Below are positions 1-10,406 of a DNA stretch of 64,000 nucleotides, piece after piece. The stretch covers positions 1 to 64,000 of the forward strand of contig CAZTWC010000001.1 of assembly GCA_964617105.1 (NCBI GenBank), written 5' to 3'. The notes under the pieces were generated by a model, which searched no databases, was not told where the DNA came from, and worked only from the letters and a program-made list of their open reading frames with translations. The translations under genes and the position numbers were made by a program. The stretch is from an uncultured Myxococcia bacterium. GTDB taxonomy: Bacteria > CAZTWC01. Every line of letters begins with the position of its first letter. The first letter of the stretch is position 1.

Positions 1-1
1 A

Positions 2-146
2 ATAACCAGGCAATGCGGTGGTCAAAATGGTTGGGATTCCTGCTCTGACCAAGATTATGGCCCCGATTTTCAGGCTCAAGAAACCAGTTGCGATGGGTTA
101 GACAATGACTGCGATGGTCTGGTGGATGAGATGATCCTGGAGGGAG
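2..146 (+). CDS. Partial Cys-rich protein with MopE-like putative metal-binding repeat, entering from the left edge and broken at about 146
   Basis: Frame +2 reads [43 protein letters not shown]; [14 protein letters not shown] is the typical myxobacterial Cys-rich repeat. Confidence 0.7.
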
Positions 147-421
147 ATCCTGATCAGGATTGCTCCTGTTTCGTTGAGAGCGCCGTCAACGGTCTGCAAC
201 AGGCTTATGCCATCATTGGCATTCCTTTTAGCCTGGCTGTAACTCCTGATCTGGGCCTTCAAATTTTCACTGATAGCCAAACCGGCAGCATCATCAGCCG
301 CCCGATTTATCCTGAAGCCGGAAGAAAGCCTTTGCAGAGAGACAGAAAAATCTCTCTGAGTTTGACTCAAGTATCTCTGGGAAGACAAAGAAGCTATGTT
401 GGTGTGTAAGGATAAGGCCAT
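147..421 (-). pseudogene. fliC: Truncated flagellin, N-terminal ~91 codons only; a third paralogue
   Basis: [12 protein letters not shown]...[29 protein letters not shown]...[11 protein letters not shown]...ILIR; homology stops where the other copies continue MRELSVQ. Confidence 0.85.
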
Positions 422-500
422 TTTTAAATATTAAATCTGATCCAATAAAATGCACATGAACGGTAACTGGTAGCCAATTAAAGCTATATCCTATTATTCT

Positions 501-527
501 ACATCGACAATTTCACTTTTAACTTGA
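501..527 (-). promoter_or_regulatory. Sigma28 (FliA)-like promoter of the truncated flagellin
   Basis: Minus strand TCAA-N15-GTCGATGT versus consensus TAAA-N15-GCCGATAA; same style as the promoters at 13615 and 16070. Confidence 0.6.
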
Positions 528-609
528 AACTAACGGTTTACTTCAACCCGACATTAAAAACCGGGAATTATTTTTGTCCCTAAAACAAAGGGATAATGCA
601 GTGACATTC

Positions 610-638
610 TTGACAAACATTAATCTGAGGGATATTAT
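610..638 (+). promoter_or_regulatory. Sigma70-type promoter
   Basis: TTGACA-N17-TATTAT upstream of ORF 689. Confidence 0.6.
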
Positions 639-688
639 TTTTTTAGGTACAGCAAAATTTAACGATCGATCCTAGAGAGGAATAATTT

Positions 689-1117
689 ATGTCGAAAAAG
701 ATAAGCGTAGGCGGGGAAATTGACTCCTATTGCACCAAGTGTAAAATGCTGTTGACTCATACAGTTAAAGCCATGGTAGGCAAGGATGTAAAGCGGGTTA
801 TTTGCAACACCTGCAATGGTGAGCATAATTACGTGTCCCCTACTGACGGTAAAAAAAGAGTAAAAGCCGCCAGCAAGAAAAAAGAGGTAACTCCAAAAGA
901 GAACCAGGGAGAAAAAATCTCTGCTGTTTGGGAAAAAACCATCAGCAATATGGACACTTCTAATGCTAAAATTTATAGTATGTCTGGAGATTTCGAGGAA
1001 AATGAATTGATCGACCACAAAAAATTCGGCCTGGGCATTATCAGTGAAGTAAAATTGGATAATAAAATAGATGTCCTGTTCCAAAAGGGAAATAAACTCC
1101 TGGTCCATAAACGTTAA
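689..1117 (+). CDS. Conserved hypothetical protein with N-terminal zinc ribbon
   Basis: CTKC...CNTC pairs, Lys-rich linker, C-terminal IDHKKFGLG motif; GAGG RBS. Confidence 0.75.
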   Translation: MSKKISVGGEIDSYCTKCKMLLTHTVKAMVGKDVKRVICNTCNGEHNYVSPTDGKKRVKAASKKKEVTPKENQGEKISAVWEKTISNMDTSNAKIYSMSGDFEENELIDHKKFGLGIISEVKLDNKIDVLFQKGNKLLVHKR

Positions 1118-1298
1118 GGGGAGTTGAATAGTTCCTCCTGCCTAGTGTCCGGACAGAAACTACCTGGTTGCCATTCGGGAATTAACTAAATTTTCTTGAC
1201 ATAAAAAAGGGAAATTGATAGTTGTTTTAAAGAATATATCCTGAAAATTTTATTTTCTTTGGATTTTTTTAGGATTTAAATTGACTTGGAGTAAATCA

Positions 1299-1610
1299 AT
1301 GTTTAAAGCCGCTATAACGCTAATAATTACTTTAATTTTCTTCAGCCTGACTGGTTGCGGACCAATCCAGTCCACTGCTCTGGTGATTGAAGCCGAAGTT
1401 AACCTGGAAAGCGCCAGAGCGGCTGGTGCAGAACGCTACTCTCCCTATGAATATTACAGCGCCTTTGAATATTTAAAAAAATCAAAAGAGAAGCAGGGAC
1501 AATCCAAATATGAACGTAGTATAGATTACGCCACCATAGCCAGGGACTATGCTAAAAAAGCGGAAAGAAAATCTGTTGACAAACAAAAAAAATTGAAAAG
1601 ACGCCACTGA
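1299..1610 (+). CDS. DUF4398-like lipoprotein
   Basis: Lipobox LTGC; ARAAGAERYSPYEY motif; GGAG RBS before ATG 1299; directly upstream of OmpA gene. Confidence 0.8.
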   Translation: MFKAAITLIITLIFFSLTGCGPIQSTALVIEAEVNLESARAAGAERYSPYEYYSAFEYLKKSKEKQGQSKYERSIDYATIARDYAKKAERKSVDKQKKLKRRH

Positions 1611-1679
1611 AAAAGTTAAATAGTCAACCTCAAAACAAATTTAGACCAGAATTATATTAAAAATATTGGAATTGGAACA

Positions 1680-2753
1680 ATGAAGATAAATCTTAGAAAA
1701 CTGACCATCTTGTTTTTTATCATCTCACTGGCGTTCTCTTGCAGCAAAGCTGATAAAATGCGTGCCAACTTGAAACAACTCAAAAGGGATCTAAATAAAG
1801 CCAAAAAAGCATCCTCCGAACGATGTGCAGGGCGGGAGGTGGCCCGTTCCGAGGCTAATCTCGTCTTTGCCCTGAATGAATTGGAAGACGGCGACTACCT
1901 ACGGGCAAATAGGCACTTTCTGGAGGCCAAAAGTGGCACTAAAATGGCATTAGCCCTGGCCAGGCAATGTAAACCGGAGGAGAAAGAGTTTCCCGATTCC
2001 GATAAAGATGGATTGCAGGATCATGTGGATGCTTGCCCCCAGGAACCGGAAGATTACGATGGCTTTCAGGATGAAGACGGATGCCCGGAGGATCAGGAAA
2101 AGGATACTGATCGGGATATGATACCAGATATTTTTGACCGTTGCCCCCTGGTTGCCGGTATTCCTGAGAAACAGGGCTGCCCGGCTGGTGACCGAGACAA
2201 AGACAAGGTGCCGGACAACAAAGATTTATGCCCGGATAATCCAGAAGACCTGGATGGCTTTATGGACGAAGACGGATGCCCGGATATAGACAATGATCAA
2301 GACGGCGTACTTGACGTAGATGACCATTGCCCCAACGTAGAAGGGGTTGCTGAGCACAATGGTTGCCCGCCGCCAAAATATAAGATGATCATCATCAATA
2401 AAAAATCGAAAAAGATTGAACTGAAACAAAAAGTTTTCTTCAACACCGGTAAAGCCACCATTAAGTCGATATCCCACGGCTTGCTTAACGAAGTGGGAGC
2501 CGCCCTCAAAGACAATAAAGGTATGAAAGTCCTCATCGAGGGTCATACCGACTCGGTAGGCAGTGATTCTTACAATATGATTCTCTCTGATAAACGGGCC
2601 AAAGCGGTACGGGCATATCTTATCGAGCAAGGTATTGCTCCAGACCGGGTGGAGGCCATTGGCTTTGGAGAGACCAAGCCTATATCTTCCAATAATACTG
2701 CCACTGGTAGGGAGAAGAATAGGCGGGTAGAATTCCGAATCATAGCCCAGTAA
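1680..2753 (+). CDS. OmpA-family peptidoglycan-binding lipoprotein with thrombospondin type-3-like Ca-binding repeats
   Basis: Lipobox FSC; DxDxDG..D.CP repeats; IEGHTDS, LSDKRAKAV, NRRVEF. Confidence 0.9.
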   Translation: MKINLRKLTILFFIISLAFSCSKADKMRANLKQLKRDLNKAKKASSERCAGREVARSEANLVFALNELEDGDYLRANRHFLEAKSGTKMALALARQCKPEEKEFPDSDKDGLQDHVDACPQEPEDYDGFQDEDGCPEDQEKDTDRDMIPDIFDRCPLVAGIPEKQGCPAGDRDKDKVPDNKDLCPDNPEDLDGFMDEDGCPDIDNDQDGVLDVDDHCPNVEGVAEHNGCPPPKYKMIIINKKSKKIELKQKVFFNTGKATIKSISHGLLNEVGAALKDNKGMKVLIEGHTDSVGSDSYNMILSDKRAKAVRAYLIEQGIAPDRVEAIGFGETKPISSNNTATGREKNRRVEFRIIAQ

Positions 2754-2815
2754 TTTTTATAAAGTATCCTCTCCTGGCACCAATCTTGCAATTTCTTAGT
2801 TGGTAGAATATTTTT

Positions 2816-3430
2816 ATGTTGCCTGCTAACCAAGAATTGGGGAGGATTCTAATGGATAAAAAAAACAACCCGGTAATTTGCTCATCTACACTCTTAGCAC
2901 TTCAGCCCGTAGAGGTGCTTCCTGACACCATATCCCTCGATGCTAAACGAATTACCTCGCCACATGATAATAAATTTCTATTTGCCGCTCGTTGTTTAGA
3001 GAGCACCAATATTACCCTGTCGCAAGTGCAGGATATGGAACAAAATATTGACCAGGCAGACATCATTTTGGCGCATCTGTTAGAGAATAGGGACCGGTCG
3101 GGAAAAGATTTGGGAAATCAGGGGTTGTTTCTGCAACTGTTGGAACTATTTAGCCGGGTAAAAAGTCAGGCAAAAAATATAGATCAAGATCTGGCGGTTA
3201 ATCTGGAAAAAAATATCTGCCTATCCGCAGAACAGGAACTCAATCTGAGCAGTTTTGAATCCTGGATTCAGGGGGCTAAAGGTGCTGTTACCCACATGAA
3301 GACAAATTTGATAGCGGTTTTGAAGCGTTTCAATCAGAAAATGAAAAATGCCCTGATTGCCCGCGCCGAGGATAACCCGGTGGGAGACAACTACGCCTGT
3401 TTACCTGAAATGTTACCGGACCTCCAATAG
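2816..3430 (+). CDS. Hypothetical protein (start may be 2852)
   Basis: 204-aa ORF filling the gap between genes; no motif recognised. Confidence 0.5.
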   Translation: MLPANQELGRILMDKKNNPVICSSTLLALQPVEVLPDTISLDAKRITSPHDNKFLFAARCLESTNITLSQVQDMEQNIDQADIILAHLLENRDRSGKDLGNQGLFLQLLELFSRVKSQAKNIDQDLAVNLEKNICLSAEQELNLSSFESWIQGAKGAVTHMKTNLIAVLKRFNQKMKNALIARAEDNPVGDNYACLPEMLPDLQ

Positions 3431-5472
3431 AAGCGTCTGGTTTTTGTCCTTAAAATATTCTAAAAATATTTGTCTAAACTCCCGGTAATCCCGGCCCGGT
3501 TGGACCCTGACTTTCTTAATAAAGATCTCCCGCTCCATTATTACTTCATTTTTTTCCTGTCGCCACCCGCTTTTAAAGGCGATACTATCATTTTCCTTTT
3601 CCACTTTTGGGGGCAAATAGGCAACCTTAAAATTTTCAGGCAAGGAAATTTTCATCTGAAATATCTCCCGGGCCGGCACTTTTATCTCCAGAGGCAAATC
3701 TATCTGGTTGTGAGAATAATCGATTCCTAACTGTTCTATTGACCATGGATGGATAGGCAACTGGACCTTATAGAAACCCCGGCTGATTTTATCCACCGCT
3801 CCTTTGGCCAACTGCAATTTGAGTTTTACCTGAGTGGGGTCAAAGTATTTAAAACTATAGCCAGTAACTTTAGCGCCACCTAATATCTTGTTACCTAGTT
3901 TATCCACGGTTTTCTGGCTAATCCCCTGATTACGCAACTGGTGATAAGGGTTAAAAAAACCTGTGGAGATAATCTCCATCTGGCCCTTTGTACTTAGGTC
4001 AGCTTTAATTTGCAATTTTCCGGTCACAGTACTCAGATTTGTCAGAGTAGTTTTGGCTGGCAAAGTGATTATAGAAATATCCCCTTTCTCTAGCAGTAGA
4101 GCCTTTTTTCCGCCGCACAAGTACCATTGGTCATCCTGAATGGGGCAGGCGGGATTTAATAAAATTTCCCGCTCTCCCGGCAATTGAACTAGCAGACGAA
4201 TCATGGAAAACTGGCCAGGAAAGAATATGTTATCATTTAACTGAGTTGTGTCACTCACTAACACCGGCCGGGATTTTATACCCGCCTGGTTCAGCAATCC
4301 GTTTAAAAGGGCCGCTTTTTCTTCCGGGGTTCCATACTTGGAGGCATAAACAGTGTCTGCTCTGGAAACAAACCACAAATAGGGTCGGGGCCATTGCCAA
4401 GTAGTGGAGGTGATCTCTTTGGCCACTTTGTTTTGCAAAGCCATCACCTTCATATAGGCGGTGGGGGCATCTTTTGACAATTTGGGCATAACCTTCTCAA
4501 TTGCAGGGGCTTTTTGGGCGGCAGACTCAAAAAGAGGAATAAAATCGGACAAGGCCTCCGGCCAATTTTCGGCCGTAGAAAAGAGCAGATAGGAGATTGT
4601 ATCCCAATCTTTTCTTTCTACTGCCCCTTCCATATCGGTTAAAGTTTTATGAAACCATGCCATATCAAGAAAAGAACGCCCAAATATATAAAATTATCTT
4701 ATTTACATTTCTACCAAACAAACTCANNNNNNNNNNGTTTGGCGGCTTTTCTTCCTTTTAAGTCCCAGGAGTAGGTCCGCCATTCCTGATCCTCCTTTAA
4801 CAAGGGCTTCAGGGTACAATTTTGACAGGCAAAATATAATTTTTTAGACCGGGGAATGGAGATAGAGATTTTTCCCGCCAACACCGGGGCGTGCAAATTA
4901 AGCGGTAAGCGACCGCCCAAAAAAGGATTAAGTTTCTTTTTATCCTCCAGACGGTAGTCTAATTCTATGATCCCCCCTTTTTCTACCCCCAGATGACTGA
5001 CCACCATCTCGGTCATATCGGTAAAACGGGGTGATTTCTCCAGAGCAAAGGGAGTGGATAGATTGAAACCGTTAGCAGTGGTGTCAACGATTTTACCATT
5101 TTTCATAAAGGATCTGGCCCGGATAATTTTTAGTTGCTGCTCCTTCTGGTTAAAGGAGATTATGGGGTCGCAATGGTGATCCACAGCATAAGGGGTAAAC
5201 AGTTTCTCCTGCTTGTGAACCCGGCGGACTATTTTTCCATCGGGCAGCAATTTTATCTCCAGGGAATAGTTTATGATTAGCGAATCATCCTCAGGATAGG
5301 CGGACGCCGGTGGAGCATTCTTGAGAAAGTCCAATCTTTCCCTGGTTCCCTGGTCCCCGCCCTTTGAGGCAGCGAAACCAGTGGGACAGACCAGCAGGGA
5401 AATAACTAAAAAGGACAATATTACCAATGTCATGTCAAGTGACTGATGTCGCATATCAATATTTATATTCAA
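3413..5472 (-). CDS. DUF3857/transglutaminase-like/DUF3858 protein, catalytically degenerate; split into ORFs 4711-5472 and 3413-4663 at an N-gap
   Basis: Signal peptide and DUF3857-like N-half in the first ORF; TGase-like and C-terminal halves in the second; paralogous to the upstream gene; gap at 4727-4736. Confidence 0.7.
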
Positions 5473-7553
5473 TATTTTTTCCTCCCATGACCACTGGTTA
5501 CAAACTCCAACCTCAAGTTCTGCAACTGCTTGATCTTATCTATTACCTGCTTGAACTGGGGATAATTTTCTGGCATTATACGGCGTCGTTTGATGGTTAT
5601 TTTTTCGGTTAGTTTCAGTTCTCTTCCGCGCTGATTAAGGGTAAAAGCCAAAGAAGAGGCGGGATTGTCCATTTCCACCGATGCCTGGGGTAATTTTTTC
5701 TCTTTCAAACGCCAACTATTAGGAAGTTTTAAGGTTTCCTGAAATTCCACGTACCAGGCTCCCCTTAACATCACCTGATATTTTCTTTTGGGGTTGTTGC
5801 CAGCGTGTAAATAATCACTCATCCGCTTATCATGGGCAAACAGATGCCTGGCCAGAGGCGGAACCAGAAAATATCTTTTTTCTCCCATTAAAGGATAATC
5901 AACCGCCTGAAATTGTATTTGCACCTTAAAGGGGCGAGAAAGATCTTCCACATCTCCGATCTTCAACTTTTCCAGGGTGGCCTGGGGAGCGATGTTGCTC
6001 AACCATTTCTCCACGGTTTTTCTATGTTTATGCTTAGGCCGAAAGGCAAAAGCGTAACGCAAACGAGATTCAGCATAACCACTGGCCTGAATAGTGATCT
6101 CACTTTTAAGGGTGCCCTTCCGGTTGATAACACTTTTTGCTTTAATCTTTAAGGTGTTGTCCTTTGGATCAAAAGCCGGGGTACACATCAATTTTTCTCC
6201 CTCAGGGGTGCCGATAACATAGTTTTGCTCCCCTTCGGCCCTGGACCAATCATCCCGGGAAAAAGGCGCCCAAGTGGGATCAAGCATCCAAAAGGAGCCG
6301 TCACTTTTTTTCAAAGCCACCACACAATGGTTGAACTGATCAGCAGGAATCTCTTCTACCCGGGATCCAGCCATGGTCATGGCGGCAAATACTTGGTACC
6401 CCGCCGCTTTGAGCATGGTGATCAGCATTCCGGCTATATCTTTGCACACCCCGCTTCGATCGTTAAAAGTCATCTCACCAGTGTGAATGGTATAACCTTC
6501 CCCCTTTCCCATGGAGATACCCGAATAGCGTATATTATGGGCCACCCACCTCAACAGGGCCATCACCTTATCACGATCGGTGGTGAAGCCGCGGGTAACT
6601 TCTCGAACCTTGTCCTGAATCTCCTGGTTATATTCAAACTGAGTTTTGTTAACATTGTAAAACCACCTGGATTTAGCCTGCCAATCAGGTACAGTGGTAA
6701 GCACCACCTTGGTAACGCTGTCGGAGTAAGCGGCAATTAAATCGCCTCCATAGGCAGCCATCTTTTTTTCCCGGCTTAAAGGGGCAATCTGAATTTTGCT
6801 GAAGGTGTAACGGAAATAATTCTCATCAAAGGTGGAGGAAGTGGATATCTGGCCATTGTAAACCGCAAACTTCAGCGGTTTGTTTTTAGGGGTTTCAAGC
6901 TGGTACCTCTTTTCAACCACCGGAAAATGGTCGGCAAAGTAGACCACGTCATGAAAATGACCCCGCATGGGAGGGATATATCTTTCATCGTTTCCCTGGG
7001 TAGTCAAATAGGCTATTTGAAACCCTTTTCGATAGGTTAAATATTCCAGGCAATCCCCCTCTTTCAGGCCAGGCACTTCCACCAGGTTCATGCGGGCTCC
7101 CCAAAAAATAGCCCTCTGCGGTTGAGGCAGATCCCTTATCTTAGTCAAATCTACAGGGATCACCTCTTTTTCCCCTCTGAGAATCCTTACTTTTTTAATC
7201 TCTATGTAGTTGGAGGCTGGGTCGTAATCGAAACGCAATGTGGCAAATTTGCTGATAGATTCCCTTTTTACAATTTTTACCAGGTGATGGTGAGTTACGT
7301 GGCTGAGACCGCTATCCTCCATTTTAACCTCTGTTCGGTCGAAAATAACTATTGCCTCAGCATCCGGGTATTTGTCTGTTTTACCACCATTTTTTATCAG
7401 AGACCAGATCTCCGGGTCGCTGATTTTATTGCTCTCCTGCGGTTTGGCAACAACGCCGGTTCCCCAGGAGAGATAGAATATAAATAGAAAAATGGTGCTA
7501 AAAGCCTTAACCATACTATGAGAGATTACTGGAGAGAGTATTGCGCGATACAT
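5469..7553 (-). CDS. Secreted DUF3857 plus transglutaminase-like cysteine protease domain protein
   Basis: Signal peptide; NIRY, GVCKD, FNHCV, LDPT Cys-His-Asp triad. Confidence 0.85.
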   Translation of the reverse strand: MYRAILSPVISHSMVKAFSTIFLFIFYLSWGTGVVAKPQESNKISDPEIWSLIKNGGKTDKYPDAEAIVIFDRTEVKMEDSGLSHVTHHHLVKIVKRESISKFATLRFDYDPASNYIEIKKVRILRGEKEVIPVDLTKIRDLPQPQRAIFWGARMNLVEVPGLKEGDCLEYLTYRKGFQIAYLTTQGNDERYIPPMRGHFHDVVYFADHFPVVEKRYQLETPKNKPLKFAVYNGQISTSSTFDENYFRYTFSKIQIAPLSREKKMAAYGGDLIAAYSDSVTKVVLTTVPDWQAKSRWFYNVNKTQFEYNQEIQDKVREVTRGFTTDRDKVMALLRWVAHNIRYSGISMGKGEGYTIHTGEMTFNDRSGVCKDIAGMLITMLKAAGYQVFAAMTMAGSRVEEIPADQFNHCVVALKKSDGSFWMLDPTWAPFSRDDWSRAEGEQNYVIGTPEGEKLMCTPAFDPKDNTLKIKAKSVINRKGTLKSEITIQASGYAESRLRYAFAFRPKHKHRKTVEKWLSNIAPQATLEKLKIGDVEDLSRPFKVQIQFQAVDYPLMGEKRYFLVPPLARHLFAHDKRMSDYLHAGNNPKRKYQVMLRGAWYVEFQETLKLPNSWRLKEKKLPQASVEMDNPASSLAFTLNQRGRELKLTEKITIKRRRIMPENYPQFKQVIDKIKQLQNLRLEFVTSGHGRKKY

Positions 7554-7561
7554 CGAGCCCC

Positions 7562-8668
7562 CTATAGATCCAACTTCTGGCAGGGCATATCCAGTGATTC
7601 ACCCACTGGCATGCAAGTCAGGATACCGTTGTAAGTATTGATACCTTTATATAAAGGTAATGATTCCTTGGCCGCAATTTCCAACCCTTGATCCGCAATT
7701 TTTACCGCATAACCGATGGTGGTATTGGTAAGGGCAAAAGTGGAAGTCTGGGAAACTGCACCGGGCATGTTGGCCACGCAATAATGGATGATTCCGTGTT
7801 TGATATAGGTAGGATCATCGTGAGTAGTGGGCTTACAGGTGGCAATGCATCCTCCCTGGTCTACCGCTACATCTACCACTACAGAGCCATCTTCCATGTC
7901 AACCAGCATATCTTCGGTTACCAAAGCGGGAGCCTTGGCGCCGGGGATCAACACTGCGCCAACTAACAGGTCGGCGTTATTGACCGAGTCTCTGATATTA
8001 TGGGAATTGGAGTATAAAGTGGTGATAGTAGAGCCAAAAATATCATCCAGGTAATTAAGCCGGGGTAAATTGACATCCAGGATGGTCACTTGAGCACCAA
8101 AACCAACCGCAATTTTGGCAGCGTTAGTGCCAACCACACCGCCGCCGATAATTACCACCCGACCACGCCGCACTCCTGGCACTCCACCCAAGAGCACCCC
8201 TTTGCCGCCGTGCTCTTTCTCCAGCCGGTAAGCGCCCTGCTGGATAGACATCCGGCCAGCCACTTCGCTCATGGGCTGCAGAGCCGGCAGAGAACCATCA
8301 TCAAGTTGAATAGTTTCGTAAGCCACTGCCTTTACTTTACGTTTTACCAGTTGCCGAACCAATTCGGGAACCGCCGCCAGATGCAAATAGGTGTAAAGTA
8401 TCTGTCCTTCCCGCATCAATTTGTATTCCGGCTCGATGGGTTCCTTGACTTTTACAATCATATCCGCACGCTCCCACACCTCCTCCTTGGTATCAATCAT
8501 GACAGCTCCAGCCTCGATAAAGGCTTCATTGGAGATACCGCTACCAATTCCGCCATCCTTTTGGACCAACACCTGATGACCATGCTCGGTTAAAGTTTTT
8601 ACTCCAGCGGGCACCAGCCCAATTCTAAACTCTTTTACTTTTATTTCTGTAGGTGCGCCAATAATCAA
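7562..8668 (-). CDS. ald: Alanine dehydrogenase
   Basis: [50 protein letters not shown] start with AGGAGG. Confidence 0.97.
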   Translation of the reverse strand: MIIGAPTEIKVKEFRIGLVPAGVKTLTEHGHQVLVQKDGGIGSGISNEAFIEAGAVMIDTKEEVWERADMIVKVKEPIEPEYKLMREGQILYTYLHLAAVPELVRQLVKRKVKAVAYETIQLDDGSLPALQPMSEVAGRMSIQQGAYRLEKEHGGKGVLLGGVPGVRRGRVVIIGGGVVGTNAAKIAVGFGAQVTILDVNLPRLNYLDDIFGSTITTLYSNSHNIRDSVNNADLLVGAVLIPGAKAPALVTEDMLVDMEDGSVVVDVAVDQGGCIATCKPTTHDDPTYIKHGIIHYCVANMPGAVSQTSTFALTNTTIGYAVKIADQGLEIAAKESLPLYKGINTYNGILTCMPVGESLDMPCQKLDL

Positions 8669-8815
8669 TTTAGACCTCCTTTTTTGGGTTTTAATAAGAT
8701 AGTTTTTAAAGTGGAAATAAATAACCCGAGATTAAATTCCCAGGAATTATTTTCGTTATTAAAGGCTAATAAGGCAATTTATAATAAACAAATTTTTTAA
8801 CATAGCAATTACCTT

Positions 8816-8844
8816 TTGACAATAGAAATAAGAGGAAATACAAT
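8816..8844 (+). promoter_or_regulatory. Sigma70-type promoter, probably giving a leaderless mRNA
   Basis: TTGACA-N17-TACAAT; ATG begins 7 nt after the -10 box. Confidence 0.6.
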
Positions 8845-8850
8845 GATTAA

Positions 8851-9249
8851 ATGTATAAGTTACCGGCCTATATTCTCTTTATATTGATTTTGACAATTAC
8901 CCATTCCTTTGCAAGCGCCCAGATTATTCCTGCAATTTTTTCCCCCCCTGGCCATAGCAAAAAATTGCCAACCAAAGATAAAACTCTGCAAAAAACCGCA
9001 GAAAAATTGTGTCACCGTCTTTCTGTAACCAGGGCGAACTGGGGCTATTTTGAATCGGCCAAAGTAAAAAATGCCTTACCCCAAAATTTACAAGACAAAG
9101 TCAACCTGTTGGCTTTATGGTATAAACCAGCGGCTGATTTTGGTTCAATTCACCTGCTTTGGCCAGTTGGCCGCTTTAATATTTACGGCCTGGCAAAAAC
9201 CTTAAAGGGGAATAACAAAATAAAAGAGCCTCTCTATCAGCAGAAATAA
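8851..9249 (+). CDS. Secreted hypothetical protein, possibly the frameshifted N-terminus of the next ORF
   Basis: Signal peptide ending ASA; the next ORF lacks its own signal peptide. Confidence 0.5.
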   Translation: MYKLPAYILFILILTITHSFASAQIIPAIFSPPGHSKKLPTKDKTLQKTAEKLCHRLSVTRANWGYFESAKVKNALPQNLQDKVNLLALWYKPAADFGSIHLLWPVGRFNIYGLAKTLKGNNKIKEPLYQQK

Positions 9250-9275
9250 ACTGTCTGGTATGGAGCGGCAACCTG

Positions 9276-10406
9276 GTGGAAGCCAAATGGGAAGTAAAGA
9301 ATTCCGCAAGCCACCATAAATTGCTAATAGTGGATGGAACCCGGCGTAAGGATTACTTGCGGATTATGGTGATGGTAAAAGTCGCCCATAGCGTAATAAA
9401 ACTACCGCTGACCTACAAAGGGGATAAATTTTTTACTTCTCTACCGCTGGATAAAGGGCAGGAAGAGTTAACCCTGGAGGTGATGGCCCAGGACTGGCAA
9501 GGCCCTTGGACCTCTTATCGGACCAGGATAACTAAAAAGGAAAACAATCGCCGCCCCAAATCTATCAAGTTGTTGCCCGATTTTGACGGATATCAAGATA
9601 GTAAAACGGCAGAGTTGAAACTGTTCTCTTTGACCAACAAGTTACGTATCCAAAGAGGCAAGATACCACTAACTCTTCATAAGGGCCTCTCCCATGCTGC
9701 CCGGGAACACAGTCGGGAATTGGCCGCTGGTCACATTTCTCATCACCTGCCCGAAAAAGGCAGCCTGACAGAGCGATTGAGAGCAGCCGGCCTTTACGCG
9801 CCAAATAACAGTGAAAATCTAGCCGTGTATCGATCGATTATCGGCGCTTTTGATAACCTGGTGTCCAGTCCTTCCCACTATTACAACCTAATCGACCCCA
9901 AAATGAGATCTACCGGTATTGGGGTATATTTAAAGAACGGGAACCAGGGTGATAAGTGGCTATATATTACTCAACTATTTGCCGATAATATCCAATCGCT
10001 CCCCCCCTTTCTGAGTCAATTGCACAATAAAATCCTTCAACAAAACCCCAGATTGACTCTCTCTTTTTTCTTGAATGACCTGGCCAATCTTCACCTGGGA
10101 GATATGGTCCGAAGCGGCCAGGTTGATTATTACACCAGATTTCATGGAAACATATACAAAATGGCGGGCGCTGCTTTGCACGAAAGGGGTTATAGCCCAG
10201 AAAAGATAAAAGTTGATCTTTATTTAAGCAAAGATATAAACCAGATGGCCAATTCGCCATATTTATCGGACAATTCCTTTACCCACTACGGTTTAGACGT
10301 CCAACTGGCTCCCCATCCTGATTATAAAGGTAACATTTACTGGGGGGTGATCATTTTTGCCAACCTGGCTAATACTAAAATTTATCAATATGAAACAAAA
10401 CCTTAG
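9276..10406 (+). CDS. CAP/SCP domain protein
   Basis: LTNKLR...AAREHS...ISH...ENLA...SPSHYYNL...TGIGV...YITQLF; second degenerate CAP domain at the C-terminus. Confidence 0.8.
   Translation: MEAKWEVKNSASHHKLLIVDGTRRKDYLRIMVMVKVAHSVIKLPLTYKGDKFFTSLPLDKGQEELTLEVMAQDWQGPWTSYRTRITKKENNRRPKSIKLLPDFDGYQDSKTAELKLFSLTNKLRIQRGKIPLTLHKGLSHAAREHSRELAAGHISHHLPEKGSLTERLRAAGLYAPNNSENLAVYRSIIGAFDNLVSSPSHYYNLIDPKMRSTGIGVYLKNGNQGDKWLYITQLFADNIQSLPPFLSQLHNKILQQNPRLTLSFFLNDLANLHLGDMVRSGQVDYYTRFHGNIYKMAGAALHERGYSPEKIKVDLYLSKDINQMANSPYLSDNSFTHYGLDVQLAPHPDYKGNIYWGVIIFANLANTKIYQYETKP

Noticed and set aside
122-409. 95-aa plus-strand ORF
   Set aside because: Mostly the antisense of the truncated flagellin, read through the junction
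1142-1160. CTAGTGTCCGGACAG resembling an IS/MITE end
   Set aside because: No partner inverted repeat or transposase found
1990-2370. Internal DNA repeats in the OmpA gene
   Set aside because: Ordinary TSP3-like protein repeats
4664-4740. Apparent pseudogenisation of the second DUF3857 gene
   Set aside because: The in-frame stops lie in AT-rich sequence next to an N-gap and cannot be separated from assembly error
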